Positions 13,301-25,894 are shown, counted from the stretch's first letter. The stretch: 64,000 nucleotides of DNA from Lingula anatina (GCA_051362555.1 CM120641.1:14074001-14138000); one strand, 5' to 3'. The notes: generated by a model not told the origin, from the letters alone. A program made the numbers and translations.

Positions 13301-14842
13301 TGAATCTCTATAATATTAGTTCATATTTGGACCTTGCCTCATTTTTATAATCCCATACTTGGCTCATGCCTCTTTCTTTAGGGCTCATTTTCAATAAAAT
13401 TATTGTGCAAGGTAGATCGATCTAACTCCATGGGGACTCTTGCTGAATGCAATCAGATGAACAATTTAACATGCCTCATCCTGGGATTTAGTAGAATACA
13501 GAAAAGCTGGTGATTACACATGTACATTGGAAACAAGAGAAAGTGTGTTAATCTATTAATCCGAGTATCTGCAGAATTGGATCGCTCTACCTAGAACAAT
13601 AGTTTCATTGGGAATGTATGGATTTATATAACACAGATTCTTATAACACAGTTTGCTACAAGTACTGGCATTAGTTAATTTACTCTTCTGTTTCACTTTT
13701 CACATTCAAATGTTCATAAAACTTAGCATGCATAAAATATCATTTTACAACTATTTCATTCTGCTGTCTACAGTTTTCATACCTGAATATATTGCAAATA
13801 ATCTTCCTTTCTTTTAGTTCTTCTTCTGAGTTTGTATTCATATGCAGTTCTTTTCTTTAAAATTAATCTGCAGCAGAATAAAAAAAGTTCCATAAGTATG
13901 TAGGTTATATACAGTATATTGTCAGTGATAGAAACTGAATTTTAAAGAAACAGCATTGCTACAAGCAAAACTAAAGTTCAGGTTGCAGTCTTTATTAGTG
14001 AAAACAAAGAATGGCATTTCTGATGATAAAGAAAATGCTAACTCCGCCTGTAGGTGAGTGAAGTTAGACCTTTGAAATGATAATACCTTCAAAAATAAAA
14101 GCACCTATTGTCAATAATTTTTCTCAAATGTGCAGGAAGACATGGCTGTCTAAACATTAAAAATTTAGAACCAAATCATGTAATTTAAATGGCATAAAAC
14201 ATTAAAATTCAAGTACAGGATGGGCAAGCAATGATTTGCGAATTGGAGAAAATTACTTTTTTTCAAGGAAAATTTAATTTGGCAGGAAAATTCCAAATAG
14301 GAATACATGCAAATCCTTAACTACAAACGTTTCTTAGACTGGGTTCCCATGCCTACATTGATCCACCTGGATCGTCTACCTCCCTGGGGAATCTCACTAA
14401 ATTGCTATCAACTTGTCACGTCTACCGAAACAGTTAGGGGGTAAAGATAATTACCCCCTAACAGTTTTACTAGGCGTCACAGACATTTAAGTCCGTTAAG
14501 TTGATAGCAATTTAGTGAGTCTCCCCAGGGAGATAGATGACCCAAATATCTATGGGAATGGTCCCTTACATATGAGTAGACTTGCTAGCAGAAAGTATAT
14601 TGCAGAGTTAGCCATAACAGTTAACTGACTTAAAATGTACCTCTGCAGCATACCTCCCCACCATAAAAACATTTTAATCTTCTTACAAACACCGATTTGA
14701 TGCCCCACCTGCAAGTGTGGAACAGTGTAAGCCATACCAGTTTACAATGACTTAGATTGCACTTTTGCAGCATCCCAACCCACCACATAACTTTTTGATC
14801 TTCACTGTTTTTCTAAATCAAATGATTTTGATCAAAGTGTGT

Positions 14843-14873
<31 letters not shown>

Positions 14874-15018
14874 GGGTACCGTACAACAGCATCGACTAAG
14901 CTAAGCCTTAGGGCACTTTTACTTACTTCGCTTCGGCTTTAGAGAATAACTTAACCCTTTCCATTTGCTCTAACTCCGGGAGCATCTCTTCTATACTTTG
15001 CTGAACGAATTCTGCCAT
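7304..15018 (-). CDS. UTP6: U3 snoRNA-associated protein 6 (HAT-repeat SSU processome subunit); N-terminal ~316 codons only
   Basis: Phase-consistent GT-AG exons: 15018-14927 (MAEFVQQSIEEMLPELEQMERVKLFSKAEAK), 13867-13783 (LILKKRTAYEYKLRRRTKRKEDYLQYIQ), 13274-13233, 12558-12487, 12253-12233, 11397-11350 (DDLKLWLSHIAFSKKR), 10858-10795, 10530-10412 (LWVMAAKWEFEDNKSTDNARNLLQRGLRFNP), 10136-10104, 9907-9866, 9210-9132, 8781-8700, 8582-8482, 7372-7304 (CFAVYEEATQRLTT). These match vertebrate UTP6 motifs from memory. No further exon was confidently found. Confidence 0.9.
11877..11999. mobile_element. Small MITE (~123 bp) in a UTP6 intron
   Basis: Terminal inverted repeats TAGTCCACGGGACAAATATGG / CCATATTTGACCCGTGGACTA (one mismatch in 21). 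Confidence 0.7.
14336..14564. mobile_element. Palindromic PIF/Harbinger-type MITE, family A
   Basis: Imperfect foldback (CTCACTAAATTGCTATCAACTT / AAGTTGATAGCAATTTAGTGAG; GGGGTAA...TTACCCC centre). Homologous to copies at ~25118, ~51988 and ~52917. Confidence 0.75.
14837..14876. repeat. (GT)n microsatellite fused to a poly-G run
   Basis: Seen directly in UTP6 intron 1. Confidence 0.9.
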
Positions 15019-15115
15019 GTTTTTTTTTTTAAATTCTGAACGCCCAAGATGACAGATAAAAGAAATTATTGTACCACAACCTTGGTCTGTTTAGAACACC
15101 TAGCACGTTGTCTCG

Positions 15116-15124
15116 CCGGAAGTG
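15116..15124. promoter_or_regulatory. ETS/GABP-type motif upstream of the UTP6 start codon
   Basis: GCCGGAAGT about 100 bp upstream of the ATG at 15018. This motif is common in housekeeping promoters; function here is inferred. Confidence 0.4.
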
Positions 15125-16703
15125 TTTATAACTAGCCTCCTAAAACTAAAGAACGTTTAACTCAAACTGGAACGTATTACGAGGGCAATACTCTGTAAAA
15201 GACCAGCTTGACAATATTTAAAAAAATTCTCGATAGGTATATTAGCTTTTGGAGTGCCTTTGATGATAGTTTATTGAGCTCTAAGGTTAAATGTAATTTG
15301 CGTGATACATTTAGGCCTAAATGATAGGCTCTATCAGGGGTTTCTAAAAAGTATGAGCGATACAATATTAATTTGATTTTAAACTCCAAGTGAAACAGCC
15401 CTTTCAAAGAGTCCCTGTGTCATGAAGTCCTAAGAAGTAACTCCAGTAACTCCAGACAGTCACCAATGGCCTGTAAACTGGTACAACCTTGAGCGAAGTG
15501 CCCCCGAAGTGACGCTGTTCAAAGTCACAAAAAAGATTCAATGCATTTATCAAACATATGGGCTTTGCTTCAGCGGCCACAAAAATAAACAGGGGGGTCT
15601 TCTTGTGTGGTTGCAAGAACGGGAGAACGGTAGATCTAAAGAAAAAAGGCTAATTTTCTTTAATCAAGTGCAAAGTTAAGTCGCTATATATAGGCCTAAC
15701 CAACACTGCCAAAAAAGCCTTTAGGCTAGGCCTTTTTTTCACGGTTGGCCCCAGGGTTGGGGCTAGTTGGCCCCCTTACGAAAATGCGGTAAGTACTGTA
15801 TCCCATGTAAACGCCGTAAAATTCTTTTTTACGAATTTGTATTTTATTAAATTGATATTTGAGAGTCATTGATGAATAAGTAGTTCAAATGAGGCAGATA
15901 GGCCTATTGAGGTTTTTTTACGTTACGTTGTAGGCCTACAGGTAGGCCTATGTGTTTAGTTGTAAGAAAACAAAATATCTATTAGTGAAACAAAATATGG
16001 TATAAAGCAGGTTTTTAATGAATGAAAAACGAATAATAATTTTTTTCCCAAAAAGACTTAGGCCCTACAAATTCAATCTTTAACTGGTAATTATTTAACA
16101 AAGCCCCGGTCTCCCCTACTCGTTGCACAAACGCGCGTATGGTTTCAAGTTGAATACTTTAGGCCTATTCCAATGGAAATCCCTTAGTTTGGTGAACAAT
16201 GTTCGGTGACTTTACGGAATAGGCATATTGAATATTAGTGACTCTTAACTCATTGGAGGTAAAACATTGCAACAGATAGTGTTGCGAAGAAAAAAAACTC
16301 ACTGGGGGCAAAACATTGAAGCACTTTTAAGCTAAATTGCGTTTTGAGGTAAAAGTGAAAATGTGGGCACATGGTAACTTTTTAGTAACAGGTATTGCTT
16401 TCTGCGGCCACACCAAAGGGAACCATTCGGTAAGACCTATCCCCCTATTACCTAAACGGTGCTTTCTTCATATTCGATAACTGAAATCCTTTTTAGCGTT
16501 AAATGTGTTTGCTGTGTGTTGATTATCCTTGAGCATAACAAACAAAGAAAATACGTACTGGTAACCAGTTTTCTATGTGCTTCATTAAAACTGTAGTAGG
16601 CCTATCGGTGTACGTTTCAACAAAAGGTAATTAATGTTAACTCATTCGCCCAGGTCAAACGAATAGAATTATTTAGATCATGGCGATCGAAGACACAGTT
16701 TAA

Positions 16704-16960
16704 GGCTTCGTTCACATGCAATGTCTATTTTCTAATTTCTATTTTCTATTTGCGCTATCTTATGATCACGGTCTGTGCCCTGAATATCCCGCCGCGTAAT
16801 TACTGGCAGCGCGAGCCAGTTACTTATAGTAACTTATAGTAACTGGCTCGCGCTGCCAGTAATTACGCGGCGGGATATTCAGGCCACAGACCGTGATCAT
16901 AAGACATACCGCAAATAGAAAATAGAATTTAGAAAATAGACATTGCATGTGAACGAAGCC
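16704..16960. mobile_element. Near-perfect palindromic PIF/Harbinger-type MITE, family B (257 bp)
   Basis: TAA|GGCTTCGTTCACATGCAATGTCTATTTTCTAA ... TTAGAAAATAGACATTGCATGTGAACGAAGCC|TAA. 3-bp TAA TSD; the arms pair essentially to the centre. Confidence 0.92.
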
Positions 16961-17410
16961 TAAAACTTATAGTGAAAAATGTGCTATTCTCTGAGTAAAT
17001 TAATGATAAAAAGGGCGGCAATTCAAATAAGATAGGAATAGAAGGGGCCCGTATAGCAAGGTTGGTGCCAGTTGTATACCAAAATTTCAAAATCTGTCCA
17101 GGCGTTACCAAAATATGGAGACATTTTCTGCAGAGCCAAGCTCTGTCATAGTCATACTAGGAGAATCTGAAAGAAACTATCCAATAAAATTAGCACAAAC
17201 TACGTAATTCAACAATGCTACGGATACGGTAGTTGGTTAATCGGTAGTGACACACCTGACTATACATTCCTCTTTTCGTATTTGACAAATGAGAAAGTTT
17301 TTTTTAATCGAGACATACATTCTAAACTAAAAAATTCTATGTATTATTAAAAACCAGCAGCACGGAAATTCTACACGTCGGGTAGGCCCACATAAGCAAT
17401 AACAGAGATC

Positions 17411-17798
17411 ATGGTATCGAGGAAAACTGCTATTTGTCGTCTTGGTATGACATTCTTCGTGATGATCGAAATTGTCCTCTTGCTTAACTTTTCATGGAAA
17501 AACCGATATAAACCTACTTACAAAGAAACTATGGGGATGGATTCAAAAGTCCTCGGTATGCAGGCTGTCGGTATGGGAGTGAGTAAAATGCTAACGGGTA
17601 TGTACGGACATCACATAAATACTTGGTACATGCAAATAGTCCACATCAGGGCAAGTATGCTCTACCGACGTAGCCAATAGGTAACGTGATCGGATGATTT
17701 TTTTACTTTAAACAAAGTTTATTTACAAGAAACAGAGGCAAAGCGCATGAAAGCATTAGGCCTATATGTTCGTGAAATGCATGTACAAGGATATTACA

Positions 17799-17838
<40 letters not shown>

Positions 17839-20800
17839 AACTAACAACAAAAAATCATAAGATGATAATTCAAACTGTATATTCTAATTTGTCTTTTAAA
17901 ACGTGCATAAAATCATTTATACATTTATTATAAACTATAACACATATCAGAGTTAAGGAAACGTCCTGACCTAAAGCCTCGGTCAAAACCGGCCGCACGG
18001 ACTCTTACGGGCTCAGGGGCGGATCCAGAGATATTTTCTGACAGTCTTCCAATTTATCTTTGTTAATTCGTCCTCAATTTTTGACCGTCTTCCGACAGAA
18101 AATATTACATACCCGTCAATGTAAACTTTAAAATCTGACCGTCTTCCAGAAGACCCAGAAGACGGCCTAAATCCGCCCCTGGGGCTGTTTGCGTCCAAAT
18201 TTTGTGCAGAATCTCACGTCCCACGCAGGTCCTTCTTAAGCCTAGGTCCCAACCGAACGTACGGGCTGCTGAGTGTGGTCTACGGCCAAAAAAATGGGGA
18301 AAACGTGGGAGTTCGCGCGTGAGGAGCACGTCCATCGTGCGACTTTTGGAGGACGCAAACAGCACGTAGAAACTTTTCGACATGATCAACAGCCGCTACG
18401 TCCTAGCCGGACGCAAGGAACTTAAAAAACCGTGCGTCCAAAACGTAGTTGGGATCTAGGCTTTACGCAACTTCGAGTTCGCAGACAGCCCGTAAACACG
18501 CACGGAGGATGTTGGACATGTCCAAAATATTCTACGAATAGCCTGCCAACAGCGAGCGTAACTTGCTGCTTTCGCCCGGAGTTAGCAAGAGAGACGCGCG
18601 TTGTGCAAGACGCACGTCGCAAGCAATGAAGGAGGAAGTGCCCTTTGCGTGTTGAGTAAGGCGCACGCCCTCACGAACAAAGTCGAGAGCGCTTTGGGAG
18701 TGCGTCGCACGTGCGTCACCCCCACGCCTGGTGTTCGCTCGTGTCTTTACAATGAACGTCGACTGTGTAACGTGTACAACAATTTTCAAAATTTTCAAAT
18801 TTTTGCTCAATTTAGTTTCTAATATGCCTCCAAATGGCAAGAAAAAAAGGACGAGAAAGAAGAAAGGAGAGGAGAACAGGAAGCAAAACTGACGTACGCC
18901 GTCAATACGTCACCACAAACGTGTGAGGCAAGAGTGAAGCAAAACTGACGCAAAGGGCACTGCTTTCGCCGTGCGTTGCATTCCCTTCGTTAGTGGTGAG
19001 TGCGTGCCACGTACACAGAAAGCAGGAAAGCGGCCCCGCAACACCCAAAAATCGCAGGGGACGTACGATCCTGAAATTCCGTTTGTGACCGAGGCTTATG
19101 ACCCCTCGTTTATTTATTTCCTTTTATCTATTCAGTCTCCACTTACCTTATTTAATTCTTATTGGTTTCTTTCCGTATTGTCATTTTTGGGAAACACTAC
19201 GCTGACACTATAGTATAAAGCAGGGAAAATAATAGAAAAAGTCAGAATTGTACAAATAGTACACAATGGGTGTGCATCTCTCGCATAATGTGGACTAATA
19301 TTCTGATTACTCTTATGGAATATGGATCCACGCCTCCTGGTACATGTATATTTGCTCGGGCTGGTGTCTGTTTGCGGTAAGATTCCTCTGGACGACCTGC
19401 CTGACATTATGTTCCCAGAAAACATAATTCAATTGGACACAGCTCCAAGGAATATGCTGGCCACTAAAAGACATCCGCCTGATTCAAAGCCTTAGCCTGG
19501 AGAGATACCGGTGGCACGCACTGAAACTTCCAACAATTGGAATATGGTAACATTTCGGTACTATTGCAGGAACGATATGGCATGAGCCCCTAAGAACTCA
19601 TCAATGTACTGCTGAGCTGTTCGTTCCCCGAGCCCTTCGTAAGCGATGCCGACGTGCATATCTTGGTGTAGTTATCCTCTCTCTCCACCTGGACAAGCTC
19701 TATCATCTACTGTTCCAGTGACAGTCCAAGCAAACATCTGGCAGTGGGTGGAATACCACATTAAATGCGCCACTACCCTGTATCCAAGTCTAGTCTGGAG
19801 CATGCCCTCGGCCTTCATCCATCATGCGTGGCATGATGTTACATCCGAGGACACAGGGGTAGTTTTTTATTGACTATACGTGAGCTTTATATACCAGGCC
19901 CAATAAACGCCAATTATCACATAATCCAAGTCGAAATCGGTGCGAGAGGGCGAAAAAAAAACAGTCCCAAAAAAAAAAAAAGAATGCTTAAGTAAAGGAA
20001 TGCTGTCAGTACACAGCTGGAAACGCAAATTTACCACAGAAACACTTATCAAACTAACAATATGTCTTTATCCATGCTCTCAAAATATTAGAGCATTGTG
20101 AATACTTCGTAGAAAGGTAAAAAGAAGTCATGAATAGATATGCTGCATATTACCAAATCTATTTAAGGTTATTTTATGCATTTTGTTGGTATACCAATCA
20201 AAAAAAATATTAACAAATAGTGTGTCTTTATTTGTGCTCTCAGAATATAAAAGCATTATGAACTCTTCACGGAAATGTTAAAAAATCATGCAAAGATATG
20301 CTTAATACTACCAAATCTATTAAAGGTCATTTCGGTCGATGCCTATTAACAGAATAACGCCTGAATGAAGATGGCTAAAACTGGTCGCAGATATGAAGTA
20401 CAGTATTTTTGTATAACTAATTTATGAGATGCGGGCCTCATTAATTCACTTCGCAGGTTTTTGATGATTGATAACTGACCTGCCGTATTGACTCATTCAC
20501 ATTGTTGATATTATTAGTCAAATGGTCTCATAAGCACTTTTTTGTTAAAACAACATTAGAAATCATTTATATGCTACGGGTTTTATTTCGCAATCAATTT
20601 AAGAAGATGTTAAAAATGTACATCGTCGTGAAAAGTTGTAGAAGTCATGGGTCGTACATGGGATTTGAATGGGATTTAAATGGTAGCCATTTAAACTCTC
20701 TGTGGAAAATCGTTTGTATGGGGCCTTTTTCACAAAAAAAAAAAAACGCTTTTGTCCGAACATTGGTCTGATTTAGAAAAATATTTACATATAAGTGGAC

Positions 20801-23800
20801 AGCTGTTGATTAATTTTGGCAATTCTGAAATTGACCAAATTGTAGTCCAATGTTATCTGGCTGGAGGTCTTCTGAAAGCCCGGATTGCATTACAATAATA
20901 GGCAAAAAAGTGAGCGGAAGAAGTTTGCTGCCCATAGCGAACAAAGCTAAATCAAACGGTCTGCAGATAAGACTCGCACTAATAACAATCGACCAATGAC
21001 AAGTGTGACGAATTAATTCTTATCGTCTGTGTAACATAATGATTTTTTAAACGAGCTTTTGTAGCTGACATCGTCAACCCAAGGTTTGAATATCATTGTA
21101 ACTAGAGGATCAGAGAGGCGATACCGCCTCCGAATATTGTACCACCAGCTTGAGCAAGCGCATTTCTATAGACCCCCACATACACAAAGTAAGGGACACA
21201 GCCACCAGTCTTGTGCTTGACAAGCTGTAAAAATGCAATCAACAAGAATTTTCAAAATATGCAAAAAATATATATAACTTACAATGGTACAATCAAAGTG
21301 AATTCATCGTAAGGTAGGTCAAAGGTCAATTTCAAGGTCACAGTAAATTGCCATCTCTGCCAGTTTTGGAGATAAAAGGGAAGCAAAATTTGCAAAGTTC
21401 AGTTCATGGTGAAAAGTAGGTCAAAGGTCAATTTCAAGGTCACAGTAAGATTGCCAGTATATGACTTCCTTTTCAACTGCAATAGTAACTATGGACCTAT
21501 CTCTGCCAGTTTTGGAGATATAAGGGACTAAATGTTATAATTTTGGAGTTACCATAATGTGCCATAAATTTCCTACAGAAAAAAAATTAATTAAAATAAA
21601 AAAAAAGGTCATTTTGGTCAAAATTCTTGAAATGGGAGGTGCTCTGAAGTTCCAGAAGTTCAAATTTGATGAAATAATGTCATTTTTGACCACAAGTTGT
21701 CTGCTTTGCCAAGCCTTATTTATTTTTTTTCTGGAGTTCAAAATTTATTATCCATTACCGTACTGCACATTTTGCTTTCACCACCAATATGTACTTTTTG
21801 AAACAGCGTAACTCGAAAACCGTATGGAATACAAAAAACGGAGACCACCTCCGGTATTGGGCTTTACATGCTCTACAAAATGCAAAAAAGAATGGGTCTC
21901 TAGCGTTAACGGTTCCCGAATTAGAGACAGGTTTCAGTTTCGGTATCTTATGGCCGCTACTCCTGTGAAAATGCACCGATTGACCCCAAATTCACAGAGA
22001 TGAAAGCTGACCTGAAGGGTAACAACTTCCAATAATATTATTGTTTAAGTCTGTGTGGTGTCTGAATAACAGGGCAAATAATTTTTTTTTGTAAAAAAAT
22101 TAATTTTTTTGAAAATTTTGGCCCGTTTGACCTTGAAATAAAGGTCAAAGGTCAAATCCAAGGGCATATTTGAAATCTACACATATGACTTTTGGAAAGC
22201 CGTCTGTAGAAATTTTTCCCATAATTCCATCCGTAGGGTAGATAATTAGCATTTAATTTTGCCATTTTTAGACAAGGGTGCATTGCAATGAGTGCCACAC
22301 CTAGACCCTAATACCGACAAAGCCCAAATTTTACGTGGAACGAGTTGAGATTATAGGTGACCTAAATCCAAGAGATGGGTACGGGGGCCCTTACCGTCTA
22401 GGAGGAGAAGCGGTAACGGTAGCCGTCCGGCGGAGCCGCAGGAGCCGGCGGAGCCGGCGGAACGATCCGGACGGGACTAAAACCATGTGTACCGCCAGCG
22501 CTAATGCTGGTGGTACAATTAATTCACCAGAAGGTAAGGTGCAAAGATGATCATTGTCCTACGGTAAACATGAAATGGTTACGTAATATTCTCTAATGTC
22601 TAAAGGTACATTGTGTTTTTCTTTCCTTTCAGAATACAGCGAGCAGTACATACATAATATAACTGACCAGGATGAATACATACAAGCAAAGTTTTTTCGC
22701 GACAAAAACAAAAGCAACCTTCATAACAAAACCGAAAGCGATAAACAAAGTGAGCATGGGAGTGATTCCTTGAGTCAAAAGCAAATTGGAACATGTTTGA
22801 AAAGTAAGGAATATGGATCAGATTCAAGAAACAAAAACCAAGGACGTCGGTTGCAAATTGTTGGGTATAACTATACTCATGTGAAAGACTGCTTAGCTCG
22901 AGGATGTGAACTAAATGACAAGAGGTCTCCTGTCATGATTCTATCGTGTGATACTGCAGCGGACAAAAGAGTGGCTGAAAAGGTGACGGTAGTTGTGAAA
23001 ACAATCCAGAGGTTAACAAGTGTTATGCGGCTTATAGAATCATTACACAGTTTTTACCCAGGGGTGAAAGTCATTGTTGTTGACGACCACTTTAACATCA
23101 CTCTTCCTTCTCCTGAACAAGTAAAAAGCATGCACCGACTTTGGCGGGTATTTATGAACAAGTCTCATGGTTTAGTGAAGTATATCAAACTACCTGGAAA
23201 TGCTGGCCTTGCCAAAGGAAGAAACACAGGCCTTAAAGAGGTGACATCTGAATACTTTCTTCTTCTTGATGATGATTTCGTGGTAACTAGCCAAACAAAC
23301 ATCTCGAAGATGGTAGATATTTTGGATAGAACTGATCTGACACTCGTAGCAGGTACTTTGGCACATAATCCGCCTTTTGTTTGTGTTTTAAGAATACATC
23401 CGGGGAGTAACGCATCGATTTTACAACCGTGCGAGTATATGAATATGGCATATGAAGAAATTCCTTCCTTCCCATATTGTTATGCAGTAGACTATGTTTT
23501 AAACCTTTTCCTTGCCAGGACTGAAGCCATTCGTAGTATTGGAGGTTGGGATGAAGACTTGCTGGTTGCAGAACACAGGGATTTCATGTTTCGTCTGAGA
23601 AAAGCTGGTTATAAACTTGCAGTTTGTACGGATATATATTTAGAACATAAGCCTATTTCCACACCGGGTTACCCCACATATAGATATACACAGGGTGAAA
23701 AATTCAAGGCACTCTTTCAAATGAAATGGAATATCAGTGAGGGCATCGCCCTTTATGAACCAATGTTTTACTTTAATCATACCTGTAGTGCTTTAACTGT

Positions 23801-23807
23801 AGTTTAA
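17411..23807 (+). CDS. GT2-family glycosyltransferase, beta-1,4-N-acetylgalactosaminyltransferase (B4GALNT)-like, copy 1
   Basis: Exon 1 17411-17555 is a type II signal-anchor (MVSRKTAICRLGMTFFVMIEIVLLLNF, donor G|GTATG). It joins in phase to exon 2 22633-23807 (acceptor TTTCCTTTCAG). Motifs: VTVVVKT, VIVVDD, GLAKGRNTGL, FLLLDDDF (DxD), NLFLART, GWD, EHRDF. Confidence 0.88.
17698..17950 (-). mobile_element. 3' end of a retroposon (LINE/SINE tail) containing a (CA)n microsatellite
   Basis: T-rich left edge, then TTTATT (AATAAA on the minus strand) and the motif GAGGCAAAGCGC..AAAGCATTAG shared with the TSD-flanked insertion at 25712. (CA)n at ~17802-17836. Confidence 0.5.
17975..19096. mobile_element. 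Non-autonomous PIF/Harbinger-type element (~1.1 kb, GC-rich)
   Basis: TIRs AGCCTCGGTCAAAACCGG / CCGTTTGTGACCGAGGCT, flanked by TAA and TAT. A sharp CpG-rich island inside an AT-rich intron. Confidence 0.8.
18014..18181. mobile_element. 168-bp MITE nested in the Harbinger-type element
   Basis: TIRs CAGGGGCGGAT / ATCCGCCCCTG with the direct repeat GGGCT immediately on both sides (5-bp TSD). Confidence 0.85.
19265..19860 (-). pseudogene. Degenerate, internally deleted Tc1 transposase
   Basis: Minus-strand fragments AEGMLQTRLG...TGTVDDRACPGGERITTPR (HTH), AQQYIDEFLGAHAISFLQ, WPAYSLELCPIE (Tc1 WPxxSPDLNPIE) and QEAWIHIP, with stops and frameshifts. Confidence 0.8.
21100..22522 (-). mobile_element. 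Non-autonomous Helentron/HINE (DINE-1-like) element, ~1.4 kb
   Basis: Read on the minus strand: subTIR TTGTACCACCAGC with an adjacent inverted copy, a (CCGGCTCCG)-type minisatellite, a core with repeated TGACCTTGA/TGACCTTTGACC motifs, a second subTIR GCTGGTGGTACAA, the palindrome GAGGCGGTATCGCCTC and a CTAGTT end. This is the canonical HINE layout. Confidence 0.8.
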
Positions 23808-24499
23808 ATCATAAAAGTATATTTCAATGATAATCAATTTTTTTCTATAACTTCTTAAGAAGGATATTTGACGATTTCATTAGATTGTGTAATTTTACTT
23901 CTAAGCTTTTTATGGCTTACAGTATATATCAAATTTATAATCTAGACGTGATTTTTAAACCACTGAAAAATCTATAATGTAAATGTAGAATTTGTTATAA
24001 TTGCAATTTGAGTAAAGCTTGGCCCATCCTTTGTAATGTTTAAAACATCAAATTTAAAAGGCAAAATTTCAAGTGTATCATTCCAATCTTGTACAAAAAA
24101 AAAAAAACTTGAAATCAGTAATTTACTGGTATGTTTTTGCATTATTCGGACTTATTAGGGATAACAGAAACTAATTGCCACTAGACCTGTCACCATAATT
24201 CACATAAAAATACTAAAATGCATCCGGAAGACAATGGATTCAGTAATTGCTCGTTGCAATCAATAAAAAAGTAGAATATTCAAAATGCAAGGAAAACTTA
24301 TATCGTTTATTTAATCAGTTATAATAAAAATAAAAATAATAAAAATAAAGCATGGCTTCACAAGTTTAATGCAAAGACGATCATTTGGTACACCTATACA
24401 GTGCACGGGGTTACAGAGTAATCGGTATATAGAATAGGGGTTTTCTAATTCATAATTTTCATTTTAAACGTTATGTTACCCGGTGATGTGTGCTCTAAT

Positions 24500-24826
24500 A
24501 CAGGGTCACCCAAAAAATCGAAACCCATAATTTTTTATGAAATCCTACAAAGGTCCATCGAATTTCAACAAATTAGCTGGACATAAACTTCAGCATGTGC
24601 TGTTGATAAGAAAAAAAGAAGTGGTTAACTTAATCTACTCGGAGATCCTCGCATCATTGAAGTCCCATTTTAATTTAAATGTGTTTGCGGTGTACCTTAC
24701 TATATGCAGTATAAACTTGGGAAATGTTCATGCACATGAAGTTGAAGTCCTGCAAGTTTATTGAAATTTGATGGACATAATAGGATTTAATAAAAATTTG
24801 ATGGGTTCTGTTTTTTTCCGTACATA
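24500..24826. mobile_element. Degenerate Tc1/mariner-like MITE
   Basis: Begins TA|CAGGGTCACCCAAAAAATCGAAACCCA, with internal inverted segments (GTCCATCGAATTTCAA / TTGAAATTTGATGGAC). Its internal segment TCTACTCGGAGATCCTCGCATCATTGAAGTC recurs at ~28140-28230. Confidence 0.55.
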
Positions 24827-25117
24827 TTTGGTCATGATGTGTGAACTTTCCCCAAATTAAAGAAGGCACATTTACACCACCCTCTTTTTATCCATAATGC
24901 CAACAAAGAGCGCAATAAGCACAATTTACTATGTCTCACCAAGGATCACCAAGGAGAAAATTATTCTTTTCCCATTTGCTCTGAACAAACTTGGGACAAA
25001 GAAAAGGAAAGAACTGGAATCATCTTTTTAAGACAACAGTGTTTGGGTAAACCATCTCCCATTGTCTCAGATTAGCTGTTTGGATTGTTTCCGGGAGCCC
25101 GAACTGATTGTTATCTA

Positions 25118-25367
25118 GGGGACCATTCCCACAGATATTTGGATCGATCTATCTGCCTGGGGAGTCTCACTAAATTGCTGTCAGACTGACCGGCTTAAAC
25201 ATCTGTCACGCCTAATAAAACTGATAGGGGGTAATTATCTTTACCCCTAGCTGATTCGGTAGGCGTGACAGACATTTAAGCCTCTTGAGCTGATAGCAAT
25301 TTAGCATGAACCCCAAGGGAGTTAGGTCGATCCAGATGGATCGATCTAAGTATGGGAACCCTGTCTA
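25118..25367. mobile_element. Palindromic MITE, family A copy (inverted relative to 14336)
   Basis: GACCATTCCCACAGATATTTGGATCGATCTATC...GGAGTCTCACTAAATTGC...GATCGATCTAAGTATGGGAACCCTGTCTA. Confidence 0.8.
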
Positions 25368-25711
25368 GGTCTCGCCCGCTGTGCCACAGAAACTTATTAT
25401 TGTTTTACTCGTGGTCGCCATCGTGCAGTTGCTTTAGCTTGAGTCAGCACGTGGAATTTTTTCTTTTCAATATCTTTTTTCTGTTATCTCTTAAAAAAAG
25501 GGTCCTCACTTTTGTCTGTTACCTTTTTTTCTGTTGATAGAGTAGTCAGTGCCGGGACAAGTATAAGCACCTTAAGTTGGATTTTTTTACCTAGCTGAGG
25601 TTAGAGGACCGGTGTAACGAAACTGAGGGTCCGTGTTACAAGAAAGTCTGCCCTCCATTTAATTGCAATGGTTACTTTAGTGGATCAAAATATAGGGCGT
25701 GGCTTACCAAT

Positions 25712-25818
25712 TTTCTTAACAATGTTTATTCGAAAGAAATGGAGGCAAAGCGCTAAAAGCATTAGATACTCTCCACAAAATTAAATAAGATAAAACAAAT
25801 GAATACGTTTATGTAACA

Positions 25819-25894
<76 letters not shown>

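Noticed and set aside
18013-19213. Cluster of overlapping 60-100 aa ORFs
   Set aside because: By-product of a GC-rich non-autonomous transposon; no recognisable domain.
22596-22632. ORF-track starts for the glycosyltransferases (22596, 28588, 33017)
   Set aside because: These starts are intronic or internal. In-phase upstream exons encoding the signal-anchor give better gene models.
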